A DNA stretch of 63,207 nt, filler included, from Deltaproteobacteria bacterium (GCA_016218805.1; 6 parts of 6 records of this genome joined end to end with filler, not necessarily neighbours in it); one strand, 5' to 3'. Counted from the whole stretch's first letter, positions 51,455-61,111 are shown. Notes: generated by a model from the letters alone, not told the origin. A program made the numbers and translations.

Positions 51455-52437
51455 CCGCCAACCTCTACCGTCCACCCCGCCACCTTCAGCCCGCGCCGCC
51501 GCATCCGCGCCAGCAGGTCCTCCGCCGTGCCCTCCACGTAGCGCTTCACGTTCTCATCCGGCGCCACAAAGTACGCCCGCATCCCCGCGGGCTCCAGGCG
51601 CAGCTTGCAGGACAGTCCGCGCAGCACGTCCTCCTTGAACAGCAGCAGCATCTCCGTCACGCCGTCGTCACCCTTGCCCACGGCCGCCAGGTCCAGCAGT
51701 TCCTCCATGGGCGCACGGGCACCCGTCTCCGGCGCCACCCGTGCCGGGCGGCTGGCCGCGCGCCCCGCGCCAAACACCGGCGGGTTTCCCAGTCCGGCCC
51801 AGTTCCACGCCGCGGGGTACACGCGCGCGCCGGGTGATGACGGCGGAGGCTGTGACGGGCCGACGCGCGGGCGCGGCATCTCAAAGGTGGGTGGCGGCGG
51901 CGCCGGCGCGGCGCCCGTGGACGCCAGCCAGGCGGGTGCGGCAGGCGGCGGGGAGGGAGCCGGCGCGGCGGGCGCGCGCAGCGGCGGGGGCGGGGGCGGT
52001 TCCAGCGGGGCCCCCTCCAACACGGGCTCCACGTCAACGTCACGCGTGTCATGCGCCGGCAGCGCCGCGGCGGGTGCGTGCTCCGCCGGCACGGTGGCCG
52101 GCGCGGGCTCCTCGGGCGAGGGGGCGGGGGCCGGCGGCGGGGCGCTCACGTCGGGCCGCACACCCAGCCGCCGGGCGGCGTCAGGGTCCTCTTCCAACAG
52201 GATCCGCTCGCTGCCGACGGCGGGGCCCGGCAGAAACGGCTCCAGGTCCAGGGCAAAGCCCACCAGCGCGCGCGCGTCGAGATCGTCCTGCGTAAGCGCC
52301 TCAGGTGCCTCCAGGGTCAGCGCTCCGACCACCGGCTCCACGTCGACAGCGGCGTCCGCCGCGTCCGCCGCGGCGGGCGGCGCACCACCGGGCGGGTCCT
52401 TGGGGTCGGGGGGAGCCTGGCTCACGCAGACCCTCAT
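51451..52437 (-). CDS. Pro-rich protein with FliK/SctP-like C-terminal domain
   Basis: Long disordered region followed by a beta-beta-beta-alpha-beta segment ending RGLKV..VEV. Confidence 0.5.
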   Translation of the reverse strand: MRVCVSQAPPDPKDPPGGAPPAAADAADAAVDVEPVVGALTLEAPEALTQDDLDARALVGFALDLEPFLPGPAVGSERILLEEDPDAARRLGVRPDVSAPPPAPAPSPEEPAPATVPAEHAPAAALPAHDTRDVDVEPVLEGAPLEPPPPPPLRAPAAPAPSPPPAAPAWLASTGAAPAPPPPTFEMPRPRVGPSQPPPSSPGARVYPAAWNWAGLGNPPVFGAGRAASRPARVAPETGARAPMEELLDLAAVGKGDDGVTEMLLLFKEDVLRGLSCKLRLEPAGMRAYFVAPDENVKRYVEGTAEDLLARMRRRGLKVAGWTVEVGG

Positions 52438-52574
52438 AGCGCGTCGGAGCAGACCGGGGGGAGGGTTCACTCGGGGAGGACGGACTGCTAAGGACCGCAC
52501 CCGGGTGCCGGTTGGAACGGCACCCTCACGACTGCCGCCCCCAGACACCCGGGGTGGCCACACGAGGACCTGTC

Positions 52575-53285
52575 ATGAGCAACGGCGGCTTCTTTGCGCG
52601 AATGGCCAACCTGTGGACCGGGTTCCTGAACCTCTGGGTCAGCGACATCGAGAAGGAGCACCCCGAAATCGCGTACGAGAACTCCATCAACTCGATGGTG
52701 GAGAAGTATTCGCAGCTCAAGCGCGCCACCGCGTCCATCATCCGCCGCCGTGAGGACATCAGCGGCCGCCTGGGCAAGCAGCGCACGGAGCTGGCCCAGG
52801 TGGACGTGGAACTGCAGACCGCCGTGGACACCAACCAGGATGACCTGGCGTTGATCCTCCTGCAGAAGAAGCAGGCCCTGGAGTCTGAGATTGCCGAGCT
52901 GGACGGCGAGGCGTCCCAGGCCGCCAAGGACGCCGAGGAGGCCAAGACCGCCCTCATGGATGTCCAGACCGAGATCAACAAGCTCAAAGCGGAGAAGGAC
53001 CGGATGCTGGCCAAGATGGCGTCCGCCAAGGCGCGCATCCAGATCCAGGACCAGCTGGACGGCCTGTCCGTGGCCGCGGACGTCAAGGCGCTGGACGGCG
53101 TGCGCGAACACATCAAGAACGTGGACGCCCAGGCGCGCCTCAACAAGGAACTCAAGGAGTCCAATGTGGACGAGCGCCTCAAGAAGCTGCGCGCACAGAC
53201 GGGCGACGTCAGCGCCCGCCGCCAGCTTGAGGAACTGAAGGCCAAGGCCGCCGCCGCCAAGGCGCAGACCACCAAGACACTCTGA
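52575..53285 (+). CDS. PspA/IM30 family protein
   Basis: GAGGA RBS; amphipathic FFARMANL, then HPE and a long coiled coil. Confidence 0.88.
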   Translation: MSNGGFFARMANLWTGFLNLWVSDIEKEHPEIAYENSINSMVEKYSQLKRATASIIRRREDISGRLGKQRTELAQVDVELQTAVDTNQDDLALILLQKKQALESEIAELDGEASQAAKDAEEAKTALMDVQTEINKLKAEKDRMLAKMASAKARIQIQDQLDGLSVAADVKALDGVREHIKNVDAQARLNKELKESNVDERLKKLRAQTGDVSARRQLEELKAKAAAAKAQTTKTL

Positions 53286-53349
53286 CTTGCCCGGCGTCAC
53301 CCGGGTTGGCCGCATGCAGGCATCCACCGGCTCCCCCCCCACCCGGGCG

Positions 53350-54012
53350 ATGCTCCGCATCGCCCGGCCTCCCCCGCAAGCGGGGAGGCGACGCGTGGGC
53401 GCGCTGGGGATCCTCCTGATTGCCTGCTGCAGCCGGCCCGCCAGCGGCCCCGACGTGCCGGTTGCCGCCGAACCCGCCACCGCACCCGCCGGCGCATCGC
53501 CCGCCGCCGCATCTCCCGTCGCCGCATCGCCCGTCGCCGCATCGCCCGTCGCCGCATCGCCCGTCGCCGCATTGCCCGCCGCAACCGACTGCACGCTGGC
53601 CACCCCGCTGCGGCCCGGCATTCCCGGCAGCCCCGGCAACCTCGTCCCCTCGGACATCAACCCCAACGGGATGAGCGAGCTCGCGCTGCTGATGCGCGGG
53701 ATGCTCGCGGACATGCGCGCGGCGCGGGAACTCCTGGCGCAGAACAAGGCCCCGCCGCCCATGTTTGACCGCCACCGCCGCATCCGGTGCGCCTGGCCGT
53801 CCGACCCGGCGCGCCGCAATGAGACGTTTGACGCGCTGGCCCAGGCCTACCTCGCGGGGATCCGCGCGCTGGATGCACGGGAGCCCTCGCCGGAGGCCGC
53901 CTACCAGGCCGCCGTGACCGGCTGCCGCGGCTGCCATGAAGCCAGCTGCCCCGGCCCAACGGAACTCATTGAGACCCTCCGCCTGCCCGAGGCCGCGCCC
54001 CCGCCTCCGTGA
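53350..54012 (+). CDS. c-type cytochrome lipoprotein (C-terminal CxxCH, cytochrome c'-like)
   Basis: LIACC lipobox-like motif; CRGCH near the C-terminus. Confidence 0.75.
   Translation: MLRIARPPPQAGRRRVGALGILLIACCSRPASGPDVPVAAEPATAPAGASPAAASPVAASPVAASPVAASPVAALPAATDCTLATPLRPGIPGSPGNLVPSDINPNGMSELALLMRGMLADMRAARELLAQNKAPPPMFDRHRRIRCAWPSDPARRNETFDALAQAYLAGIRALDAREPSPEAAYQAAVTGCRGCHEASCPGPTELIETLRLPEAAPPPP
53491..53580 (+). repeat. 15-bp tandem repeat, 6 units (GCCGCATCGCCCGTC; AASPV)
   Basis: Three exact and three degenerate units. Confidence 0.92.
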
Positions 54013-54081
54013 CGACGACGAACGCTTTTCGCAGCGGCGTGCGCTTTACCTCCGACATCCACGGCGCCATGACCGGCGGCC

Positions 54082-56049
54082 ATGCAGACGTCACACTGGA
54101 CGACGTGGTGGATGGGTGCGGGGTTGTTGTTGCCGTTCCACGCAGCGTGGGCCGCGGGGACGTTGAGCGGGACCCGCCTGGAGACGGACCACGCGTGGGC
54201 CGAGTTGGGCATCTGGGTTGCCCACGCCGGTGACGTGGACGGGGATGGCTACCCGGACCTGGTGGCGGGGGCGCCGTACTTTGAGCCGGTGGCGTTTGGC
54301 CCCTACGTGGGGCAGGCGGTGTTGTTCACCGGCGGCGCCGCGGGCCTGTCTCCCGTGCCGGATTGGGCGTTCACCGGCACACAGCCGGATGAAAAGCTGG
54401 GCCGCCTGGTGGCCGCCGCCGGCGACGTGGATGATGATGGCTACGCGGATGTGCTGGTGAGCGCACCGGAGCACGACACCACGCTCAGCAATGCGGGCCG
54501 CGTCTGGCTGTTCCGCGGCGGCTCAGGCGGCCTGTCCGCCACGCCTGCCTGGTCCGCCACGGGTGACCGCGCCGGCGCGTTCCTGGGGGCCATCGCCTCG
54601 GCGGGTGACGTGGATGGGGACGGGTATTCGGACGTGATCGTAGGAGCTCCAAACCGCGGCGGCGGGACGGCGTACCTGTACCGCGGGGGTGCGGGGGGCC
54701 TGTCCGCCACGCCGGCGTGGACGCGCGAAGACCCGGATGGAGGTTCATCCTTTGGTTTCTGCGTGGCGGGCGCCGGGGACGTGGACGGTGACGGGTACGA
54801 CGACGTGGTGGTGGGCTCCTACAGCTTCCACGCGAACGCCGGTGCGGAGGCGGGCCGGGTCCAGCTGTTCCGCGGCGGCGCGGCGGGCCTGGCGGCCACG
54901 GCGGCGTGGACGGTGGAGGGCGCGGTGGCGGGCGGGATGCTCGGGGTCAGCGTGGCGGGCGCGGGGGACGTCAACCGGGATGGCTATGACGACGTGGTGG
55001 TGGCTGCCCCGGTTCAGGGGAGCACGGGCGAGGTGCGGCTGTACCTGGGCTCCGCGGCGGGGCTGGCCTCCACGCCGGTGTGGGTGCGGCACGGGAGCGC
55101 GGCGGACGGATGGATGGGCAGCGCGGTGGCCGGCGCGGGGGACTTCAACGCGGACGGCTACGCGGACGTGGTGGTGGGCGCCTACGCGCACGAGGACACG
55201 CAGCCAGACGAGGGCCAGGTGTTCATCTTCCTGGGATCCCCCGCGGGGCTGCCGGCATCCCCCGCGTGGGTGGGGGCCGGCGGCCAGCCGGGAGCCCACC
55301 TGGGCCTGTCCGTGACCGCGGGGGACTTTGATGACGACGGGTTCTCTGACGTGGCTGCTGGCGCCCCCTTGTACACCAGCGAGGAAATGCACGTGGAGGA
55401 GGGCGCCGTGTTTGTGTTTGAAGGGTGCGCGGATGCCAACCGGGACGGCGTGTGCGGCGACACCGCAGTGGACACGGACCACGACGGGGACCCCGACCCG
55501 ACCGACTGCGCCCCCATCAACCCCGCCATCCACCACGGCGCCGTGGACGTGCCCGGAGACGGCACGGACCAGGATTGTGGCGGTTCGGACGCGGTGGCGT
55601 GCGTGGTGGACATGGATCATGACGGCTACCCCGGCACGCCCACCACACTGCCAGACGGTCCGTGCGCCGGCCCGGGGTTGGGCACGTCCAGCACGGATTG
55701 TGACGACGCGCGGGCCGCCGTGCACGTGGACTGCGGCAGTCCCCCGGCGGATGCCGGTTCCCAGGTGGACGCCGGTTCCCAGGCGGACGCCGCGGTGGCG
55801 CCGCCCGCCGACGGGTCCGTGACCGCGCCGGACGCGTCCACCGCGGATGCGGCCGCGCACGCCGACGCAGGAGGCCCTGACGCGGGGAGTTCCCCGCGGC
55901 CTGACGCGGGCACGCCCGCGGGAGGCGGTGGGGACCAAGGGGAATCACCCGGCGCCTGCGGGTGCACCAGCGGCGCGCCGCGGTGGCCGGCGGGGCTGGT
56001 GGGGCTGGCCGCGGGGTGGGCGCTGCTCCGCCGCCGGCGCGCGGTTTGA
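54082..56049 (+). CDS. integrin-alpha/FG-GAP beta-propeller protein with MopE-like metal-binding repeats and a MYXO-CTERM-like tail
   Basis: Seven GD(V/F)(D/N)xDG(Y/F)xD repeats; DC..IHHGA...DGTDQDC; CGC + hydrophobic stretch + RRRR. Confidence 0.9.
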   Translation: MQTSHWTTWWMGAGLLLPFHAAWAAGTLSGTRLETDHAWAELGIWVAHAGDVDGDGYPDLVAGAPYFEPVAFGPYVGQAVLFTGGAAGLSPVPDWAFTGTQPDEKLGRLVAAAGDVDDDGYADVLVSAPEHDTTLSNAGRVWLFRGGSGGLSATPAWSATGDRAGAFLGAIASAGDVDGDGYSDVIVGAPNRGGGTAYLYRGGAGGLSATPAWTREDPDGGSSFGFCVAGAGDVDGDGYDDVVVGSYSFHANAGAEAGRVQLFRGGAAGLAATAAWTVEGAVAGGMLGVSVAGAGDVNRDGYDDVVVAAPVQGSTGEVRLYLGSAAGLASTPVWVRHGSAADGWMGSAVAGAGDFNADGYADVVVGAYAHEDTQPDEGQVFIFLGSPAGLPASPAWVGAGGQPGAHLGLSVTAGDFDDDGFSDVAAGAPLYTSEEMHVEEGAVFVFEGCADANRDGVCGDTAVDTDHDGDPDPTDCAPINPAIHHGAVDVPGDGTDQDCGGSDAVACVVDMDHDGYPGTPTTLPDGPCAGPGLGTSSTDCDDARAAVHVDCGSPPADAGSQVDAGSQADAAVAPPADGSVTAPDASTADAAAHADAGGPDAGSSPRPDAGTPAGGGGDQGESPGACGCTSGAPRWPAGLVGLAAGWALLRRRRAV

Positions 56050-56082
56050 GGGGTTTCCCCCCCTCGGGTACGGTCCGTCGCC

Positions 56083-56424
56083 ATGGCGCGACCCCGCTAT
56101 TGCCCGTGGGTGACCCGGCCCACCCACGGGAAGAACGGGCGCATCCAGGTGGACAAGTGGACGCCGGTGGTATTCGGCTACTGCCCGCAGGAGACGGACT
56201 GCGCGTCCTGCGCGGGTACGGGTTACAAACCCAACATCCTGCTCAACGTGGGCCGGCCCACGGACACCGTGGCCTGCCCGTTCTGCGAACCGGAGAAGTA
56301 CCGCAAGGAGGTGCAGAAGCTGGGCAAGTGGCAGCCACCCAAGCCCGCTGCGCCGGCCAAGAAGGCGGACGGCGGACCGGCGGACGACGCGCCGCCCAAG
56401 TCGCCCAAGCCCAGCGGGCACTGA
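56083..56424 (+). CDS. small zinc-finger-like hypothetical protein
   Basis: CASCAGTG and CPFC. Confidence 0.7.
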   Translation: MARPRYCPWVTRPTHGKNGRIQVDKWTPVVFGYCPQETDCASCAGTGYKPNILLNVGRPTDTVACPFCEPEKYRKEVQKLGKWQPPKPAAPAKKADGGPADDAPPKSPKPSGH

Positions 56425-56430
56425 CGCGCA

Positions 56431-57072
56431 TCAGGTGCCCAGGGCCTCGGTGACCGCAGCCCGTGCGCGCTCGCGGTCGGTGGTCACAACCGGCGGCGCC
56501 CAGCGGACCTCCACGGTGGAAAACGGCACGGGCACGCGCTTGCCGTCCCAGGTTGGCAACCGCCAGGCGGCACCGTAGTGGAAGGACAGCGCCACCACCG
56601 GCCGGCCGGTCCGCGCGGACAGCTCCAGCACGCCGTCCTTCAGCACCCGCGCGGGTCCGTACGGGCCATCCGGGTTGAGGAACGTGCTCGCGCCGGCGCC
56701 GACCTGGTCCGCCACGCGGGCCAGCGCGGCCCAGCCGTCATTTCCGGACGACCCCAGAACCAGCGTCCCCACGCCACTCCAACGCAGGAGCACGTGGATG
56801 GGCCGCATGTACCAGGCGGGGTGGTTCATCCACACGTAGCGCGTGCGGTAGGGCAGGCAGGCCAGGAAGTAGGCCGGCAGGTGTTCGTGCCAGGCGCACT
56901 CAATAAGGCCGCCGTCAGGAAGCGCCGCCGGCCGTCCCGTGTGCCGGATGCGCAGGGTGGGGCGCAGCGTGGCGAGCAACACCCAGATGAGCGCCGCCGC
57001 AACGTGGCCGTACGCCTCCACCGCCCAGCGGCGCACGCCAGTGACGTTGTCCACGCGGAGGCGCGCGGGCAC
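56431..57072 (-). CDS. DUF374 / lysophospholipid acyltransferase family protein
   Basis: WH, GSS, PDGPYGP and WD...VPVPFS. Confidence 0.85.
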   Translation of the reverse strand: MPARLRVDNVTGVRRWAVEAYGHVAAALIWVLLATLRPTLRIRHTGRPAALPDGGLIECAWHEHLPAYFLACLPYRTRYVWMNHPAWYMRPIHVLLRWSGVGTLVLGSSGNDGWAALARVADQVGAGASTFLNPDGPYGPARVLKDGVLELSARTGRPVVALSFHYGAAWRLPTWDGKRVPVPFSTVEVRWAPPVVTTDRERARAAVTEALGT

Positions 57073-57076
57073 GGGT

Positions 57077-57679
57077 TCAGCGCTCCTTCTTGGGTTCCGT
57101 GTTGAAGGTGTTCATGGCCCGCAGGGGGCCGTCCCGCAGCACGGCCACCAGCGCGTCCTCGGCGCGCGCCAGCAGGTCGTCCAGCGCGTCACGTTCCTGC
57201 TTGGAGAACCCGCCCAGCACGTGCCGCACCACCTTCTCATCCTTGGCCGCCCCGCCGGGGTGCGCGGGCTTGCCAATGCCCATCCGGATGCGGACGTAGT
57301 CAGGCCCCAGGTGCTGGCTCACGCTGCGCAGCCCGTTGTGCCCGCCCGGCCCGCCACCCACCTTCACGCGCAGCGTGCCCATCGGCAGGTCAATCTCGTC
57401 ATGGCAGACCACCAGTTGCGCCGGGAGGAGCTTGTAGAAATCCACCGCCGGGCGCACCGACTCGCCGCTGTCATTCATGTACGTGAGCGGCTTGAGCAGC
57501 ACCACGCGGTCCGGCGCCAGCGACGCCGAGCGCACTTCGGAAATCTCGCCCTTGAACTTGCGCTGCCACGGCGTGCCGCCGAACCGCTCGCGCACGCGGT
57601 CCACCAGCATGAAGCCCGCGTTGTGCCGCGTGGCCTGGTACTCCTTGCCCGGGTTGCCCAGGCCCACCACCAGGAACAT
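57077..57679 (-). CDS. pth: peptidyl-tRNA hydrolase
   Basis: VGLGNPG, TRHNAGF, KPLTYMN and GGHNGLRS. Confidence 0.97.
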   Translation of the reverse strand: MFLVVGLGNPGKEYQATRHNAGFMLVDRVRERFGGTPWQRKFKGEISEVRSASLAPDRVVLLKPLTYMNDSGESVRPAVDFYKLLPAQLVVCHDEIDLPMGTLRVKVGGGPGGHNGLRSVSQHLGPDYVRIRMGIGKPAHPGGAAKDEKVVRHVLGGFSKQERDALDDLLARAEDALVAVLRDGPLRAMNTFNTEPKKER

Positions 57680-57756
57680 CCGCTCCTCCGAAACACCAGC
57701 GCCCCCACCGGTGCAGGACCGGACGGGGGCGCTGATGACCGCCTTTCAGCAGTGGT

Positions 57757-58488
57757 TCACTTCTTGGCCGGGGCCGCCGCCTTGGCATCCGCCGCCGGCT
57801 TGGCCGCTGCCGCACCCGCCGCCGGGGCCGCTGCACCCGCCGCCGGAGCCGCTGCACCCGCCGCCGGAGCCGCACCTGCCGCCGCCGCCGCCGCTGCCGC
57901 CGCTTCGGGCGTGACCGCCACTTCAGCCACCTTCTCCTCGCGGACCTGCACCAGGGCCGCAACGGTGGCCTTCAGGTCGCCCAGGACCTTCAAGCCGCCG
58001 GGGAGCTTGATGTCCGCCACGTGGATGGAGTGCCCCATCTTGAGTTCGCTGATGTCCACTTCAATCTTCTCGGGGATGGCCGTGGGGATGACCTTCACCT
58101 TCAGTTTGCGGGTCACCTGCTCAATGACCGCGCCCGCACCCACGCTCTTGTTCTTGCCCGTCAACGTCACGGGCACCTCCAGGCGGATGGGCTTGGTGGT
58201 GTCCACCTCAATGAAGTCCGCGTGGATGTAGTCATGGCGCACCGGGTGGTGCTGCACATCCTTGACCAGCACCGTGCGCGTGCCCGCGGGGAGCGTCAGG
58301 CTCAGCAGGGTGTTGCGTCCCAACGGTCCGCTGATGGCCTTCTTCAGCGCACGCGGGTCCACCGCGAGGTTCGCGGGTTCCTTGCCGGCCGCGTAGACCA
58401 CCGCGGGGACGGCGCCTGTACGGCGCAACCGGCGGCTGGGGCCCTTGCCCTTGGTGTCACGTGCCTGCGCCTGGAGTTCGATGGTCAT
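57757..58488 (-). CDS. rplY: 50S ribosomal protein L25/Ctc with Ala-rich tail
   Basis: GKGPSRRLR, VPAVVY and HADF; directly upstream of pth. Confidence 0.96.
   Translation of the reverse strand: MTIELQAQARDTKGKGPSRRLRRTGAVPAVVYAAGKEPANLAVDPRALKKAISGPLGRNTLLSLTLPAGTRTVLVKDVQHHPVRHDYIHADFIEVDTTKPIRLEVPVTLTGKNKSVGAGAVIEQVTRKLKVKVIPTAIPEKIEVDISELKMGHSIHVADIKLPGGLKVLGDLKATVAALVQVREEKVAEVAVTPEAAAAAAAAAGAAPAAGAAAPAAGAAAPAAGAAAAKPAADAKAAAPAKK
57808..57880 (-). repeat. ~21-bp tandem repeats encoding the APAAGAA tail of L25
   Basis: GCACCCGCCGCCGG(A/G)GCC occurs three times. Confidence 0.75.
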
Positions 58489-58615
58489 GGTGATTCTCCG
58501 CCTCCCTCGATGACGCCGATCACCCCGACGTGGGGCGGGCCTCGCAGGAGGGAGCGGCGGATTAGCCACATTTTCCGGGCGCCGCAAGGGATGGCGCCGA
58601 CGCGCTGAGTGCCCG

Positions 58616-58812
58616 GCGGTGGGCGGGATGAGCGTGGGGCTGCGGCGCCGCCTGGCTGGTCACCAATCTCGCTGGCGCAGCGCGGCGGCCGCCCTCTCCC
58701 CCGTGTTGCCTCCTTTTCAGCGCGCCTGCGCGGGTGGCCGCGGTGGGCGGGATGAAGTTCCTGCGGGCGGACGGGTGCGTGGGGCTGCGGCGCCGCCCCG
58801 CCATGGTCACCA
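58616..58812. repeat. imperfect intergenic direct repeat, two units
   Basis: GCGGTGGGCGGGATGA, GCGTGGGGCTGCGGCGCCGCC and TGGTCACCA each occur twice in the same order. Confidence 0.75.
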
Positions 58813-58930
58813 TTCGCGTTTGCTCATCGCGGCCCTGCCGCCTCCCCTTCCTTCATCCGTCCTTTCGTTTCATTCCTTTTTGCTTTTTGGGAACGGGGTT
58901 CCCCTCCACGGACCCAGTTGGTCCGCAGCG

Positions 58931-59030
58931 NNNNNNNNNNNNNNNNNNNNNNNNNNNNNNNNNNNNNNNNNNNNTTAATTAATTAANNNNNNNNNNNNNN
59001 NNNNNNNNNNNNNNNNNNNNNNNNNNNNNN
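58931..59030. other. contig-join spacer
   Basis: N-run with TTAATTAATTAA. Confidence 0.99.
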
Positions 59031-59168
59031 ATCCCATGCCCTTCTCAAGCTCACCCCACCAGCGGCGACATGCACCGGCCAAGCGCCGGATGCTCCACTA
59101 GACGGGTCGTCACTTCGCTGCCGCCACGACGAGCTGACGACGTGCACCACCCAATCGACAGGAGAGGC
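59031..59168 (+). mobile_element. probable ISL3-like IS right end
   Basis: Reverse complement GCCTCTCCTGTCGATTGGGTGG resembles the IRL GGCTCTCCTGACCCCAAAGTGG; it abuts a truncated gene. Confidence 0.65.
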
Positions 59169-59169
59169 G

Positions 59170-59373
59170 TTCTTCTTTGGCGCCACGGATGTCACCGGCG
59201 TGCTGGAAGTCCCCCCGGCGGCGGATGGCAGCGCGCGCGTGGAGCCGGGCAGCCGCGCGCACGTCCGCTTCTCCCTGCGGCGCGCCGTGGGGTTTGAAGT
59301 GGGAATGCGGTTTGCCCTGCGTGAAGGCGGGAGGACGGTTGGAGCAGGCGTTGTCACCGGCGTGCGGCGTTAG
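59170..59373 (+). pseudogene. tuf: 3' fragment (domain III) of a divergent EF-Tu paralogue
   Basis: FFFGATDVTG...RFALREGGRTVGAGVVT. Confidence 0.88.
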
Positions 59374-59390
59374 CGCCGCCCCAGGAAGAC

Positions 59391-59430
59391 CCCTTCCGCC
59401 GCGCGGCGTGGCACCCGCGCGGCGGAAGGG
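59391..59430 (+). terminator. perfect 16-bp stem hairpin after the tuf fragment
   Basis: CCCTTCCGCCGCGCGG-N8-CCGCGCGGCGGAAGGG; no U-tract. Confidence 0.55.
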
Positions 59431-59568
59431 CTGGAGGCGGGAACGCCGGCACCCGTGAGAGGCGGGAGAGCGCCCCTTGGCGACGAGGACGGACGTCCAT
59501 GGGGACGGGGCGGAGCCGACCGCTTGCGGACGTCCCGCCGTCATGGCAAGAGCAGCGTCCCACCGTGC

Positions 59569-59642
59569 GGCGGGTGTAGCTCAGATGGTAGAGCAGAGGA
59601 TTGTGACTCCTCGTGTCGCGGGTTCGATTCCCGTCACTCGCC
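59569..59642 (+). tRNA. tRNA-His(GTG)
   Basis: G-1; acceptor GCGGGTG/CACTCGC; anticodon arm GAGGA-TTGTGAC-TCCTC; GGTTCGATTCC; C73. Full CCA not encoded. Confidence 0.97.
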
Positions 59643-59648
59643 CAGTGG

Positions 59649-59674
59649 AAGCCCCCGGAAACGGGGGCTTTTTT
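59649..59674 (+). terminator. rho-independent terminator
   Basis: AAGCCCCCG-GAAA-CGGGGGCTTTTTT. Confidence 0.9.
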
Positions 59675-59683
59675 GTTGGTGGG

Positions 59684-60010
59684 TCACCTCGTTGACATCG
59701 ATGATCCACCATTTTCGGCCTTGATCCACCGGGAAGATCCACCAAGTTGCTGCGCAAGGTCTCCGAACGCAGCTTGTTGCGCTTCACGCTTCTCCTGCAC
59801 GGTGACGTCGCTGTAGTGCTCGGTCATCTGCGCGGTGGCGTGGCCCACCATGGCCCGAGCTGCAATGTCTCCCGCGGCCTGCCTCACCAGGTTGTTGAAC
59901 GTACGCCGCATGGTGTGTGCGGTGACGTTCTTCTTCAGTCCCCGCTTTGGCCGTGCAGCGGCGCAGCGGGTTCACCAGCACGGAGGCCTGGCCGGTAGGT
60001 GCCCATGGTG
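59684..60010 (-). pseudogene. tyrosine recombinase/integrase C-terminal remnant, frameshifted
   Basis: HTMRR (HxxR), GH and catalytic-position Y in MTEHY; upstream sequence is in shifted frames and the N-terminus is missing. Confidence 0.85.
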
Positions 60011-60269
60011 ATCAGCCGGCTGAACGGTTGAGGAGCGCCATCCGGAGTCGTTGGCCTGTGAACCACCGCGCATTCCGAAGCGGCGCGGGCCGCAGGCGGC
60101 GCACGGCCGTGTCGCGTCATGCTCCGTGAAGTGCAGGCCTGGAACACGCCGCCAGCGGCCCAGCGCGCCGGTGCGGCGACGGACCGCCCACGATCCGGGC
60201 CCCGTTTGACCTCGACGTTGACGTCGTTCCACGTCGATGAAACGTTGGCGGGCACTCAAGGGGGCTGCC

Positions 60270-60806
60270 ATGAGAATGCTTGCATTACTCTGCTGCGTCG
60301 GTGGCACTGCCTGTGCCACGGCTCACGTGCAGGGCTCAACCCACATCGCCCGAACGCCGGAGGAGGTGTTCGACACCGTCGCCGACCAGCGGAATGAGCC
60401 CCAATACAATCCGGAGATGGAGCAAGTTGAACTCCTGACCCCGGAACCCCCGGGCGCCGGTTCGAGATTCAAGGTGCAGGTGCGCTCGCGGGGCGACCTG
60501 ATACCCATGACCGTCGAGTACACGGAGTTCCAACGACCTCACCGCCTCGGGTCGCGCACCACCACCGAGTCCATGGATATCGCCGGCACGCTGACATGCA
60601 CACCCGACCAGGGCGGTACCCGGCTCGCGTGGGATTGGGAGTTGAAGCCGTAGGGGTGGTTGGTTCTGCTCGGCCCGGTGGTTGGGATCATGGGGTCACG
60701 GCAGGAAGAGCGGATTTGGGGCGCGTTGAAGCAGCGTCTTGAATCCGCTTCCCCGGCCGCGGGCGCCGCTGCTGAGGGAGCGCCAGCGGCGCAAGGAGCG
60801 CCTTGA
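60270..60806 (+). pseudogene. SRPBCC (polyketide cyclase-like) protein with in-frame TAG at 60651
   Basis: IARTPEEVFDTVAD...GGTRL. The C-terminal helix (...WGALKQRLES) continues in frame past the TAG. Confidence 0.8.
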
Positions 60807-61111
60807 AGGCGCAAGGAAACAGCGCCATCTACGGGCCGGCCCGCGAGCGACTTTGCGGTGGTCACGCGCGTTCTCGTCGGCGGGCGGGGGACTTCGGGCT
60901 TGCCGGGCTGCTGGCGACAGCACTGACGCCAGGTCGTCGCCTTGATCGAAAAGGGGGTCGCTTACGTCATCTGTGATGGCGGCTTGCGCCCCGCCAGACC
61001 TCCTGCGCTCGCCGGCCTGGTTGCCATGGCCCGCCCGGGAAGCGCCGGCGACGCCTTGGGCGAGTCCCGCTCTTGCCAGTAGTCTCCCGCCCTCCCACCG
61101 GGGGCCTGTCC

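Noticed and set aside
53491..53580. Tandem repeat as a possible CRISPR array
   Set aside because: No spacers, in-frame coding repeat, no cas genes.
54220..55360. Repeated GGxGACGTGGA DNA motifs as DGR-like template/variable repeats
   Set aside because: Explained by FG-GAP protein repeats; no reverse transcriptase in the window.
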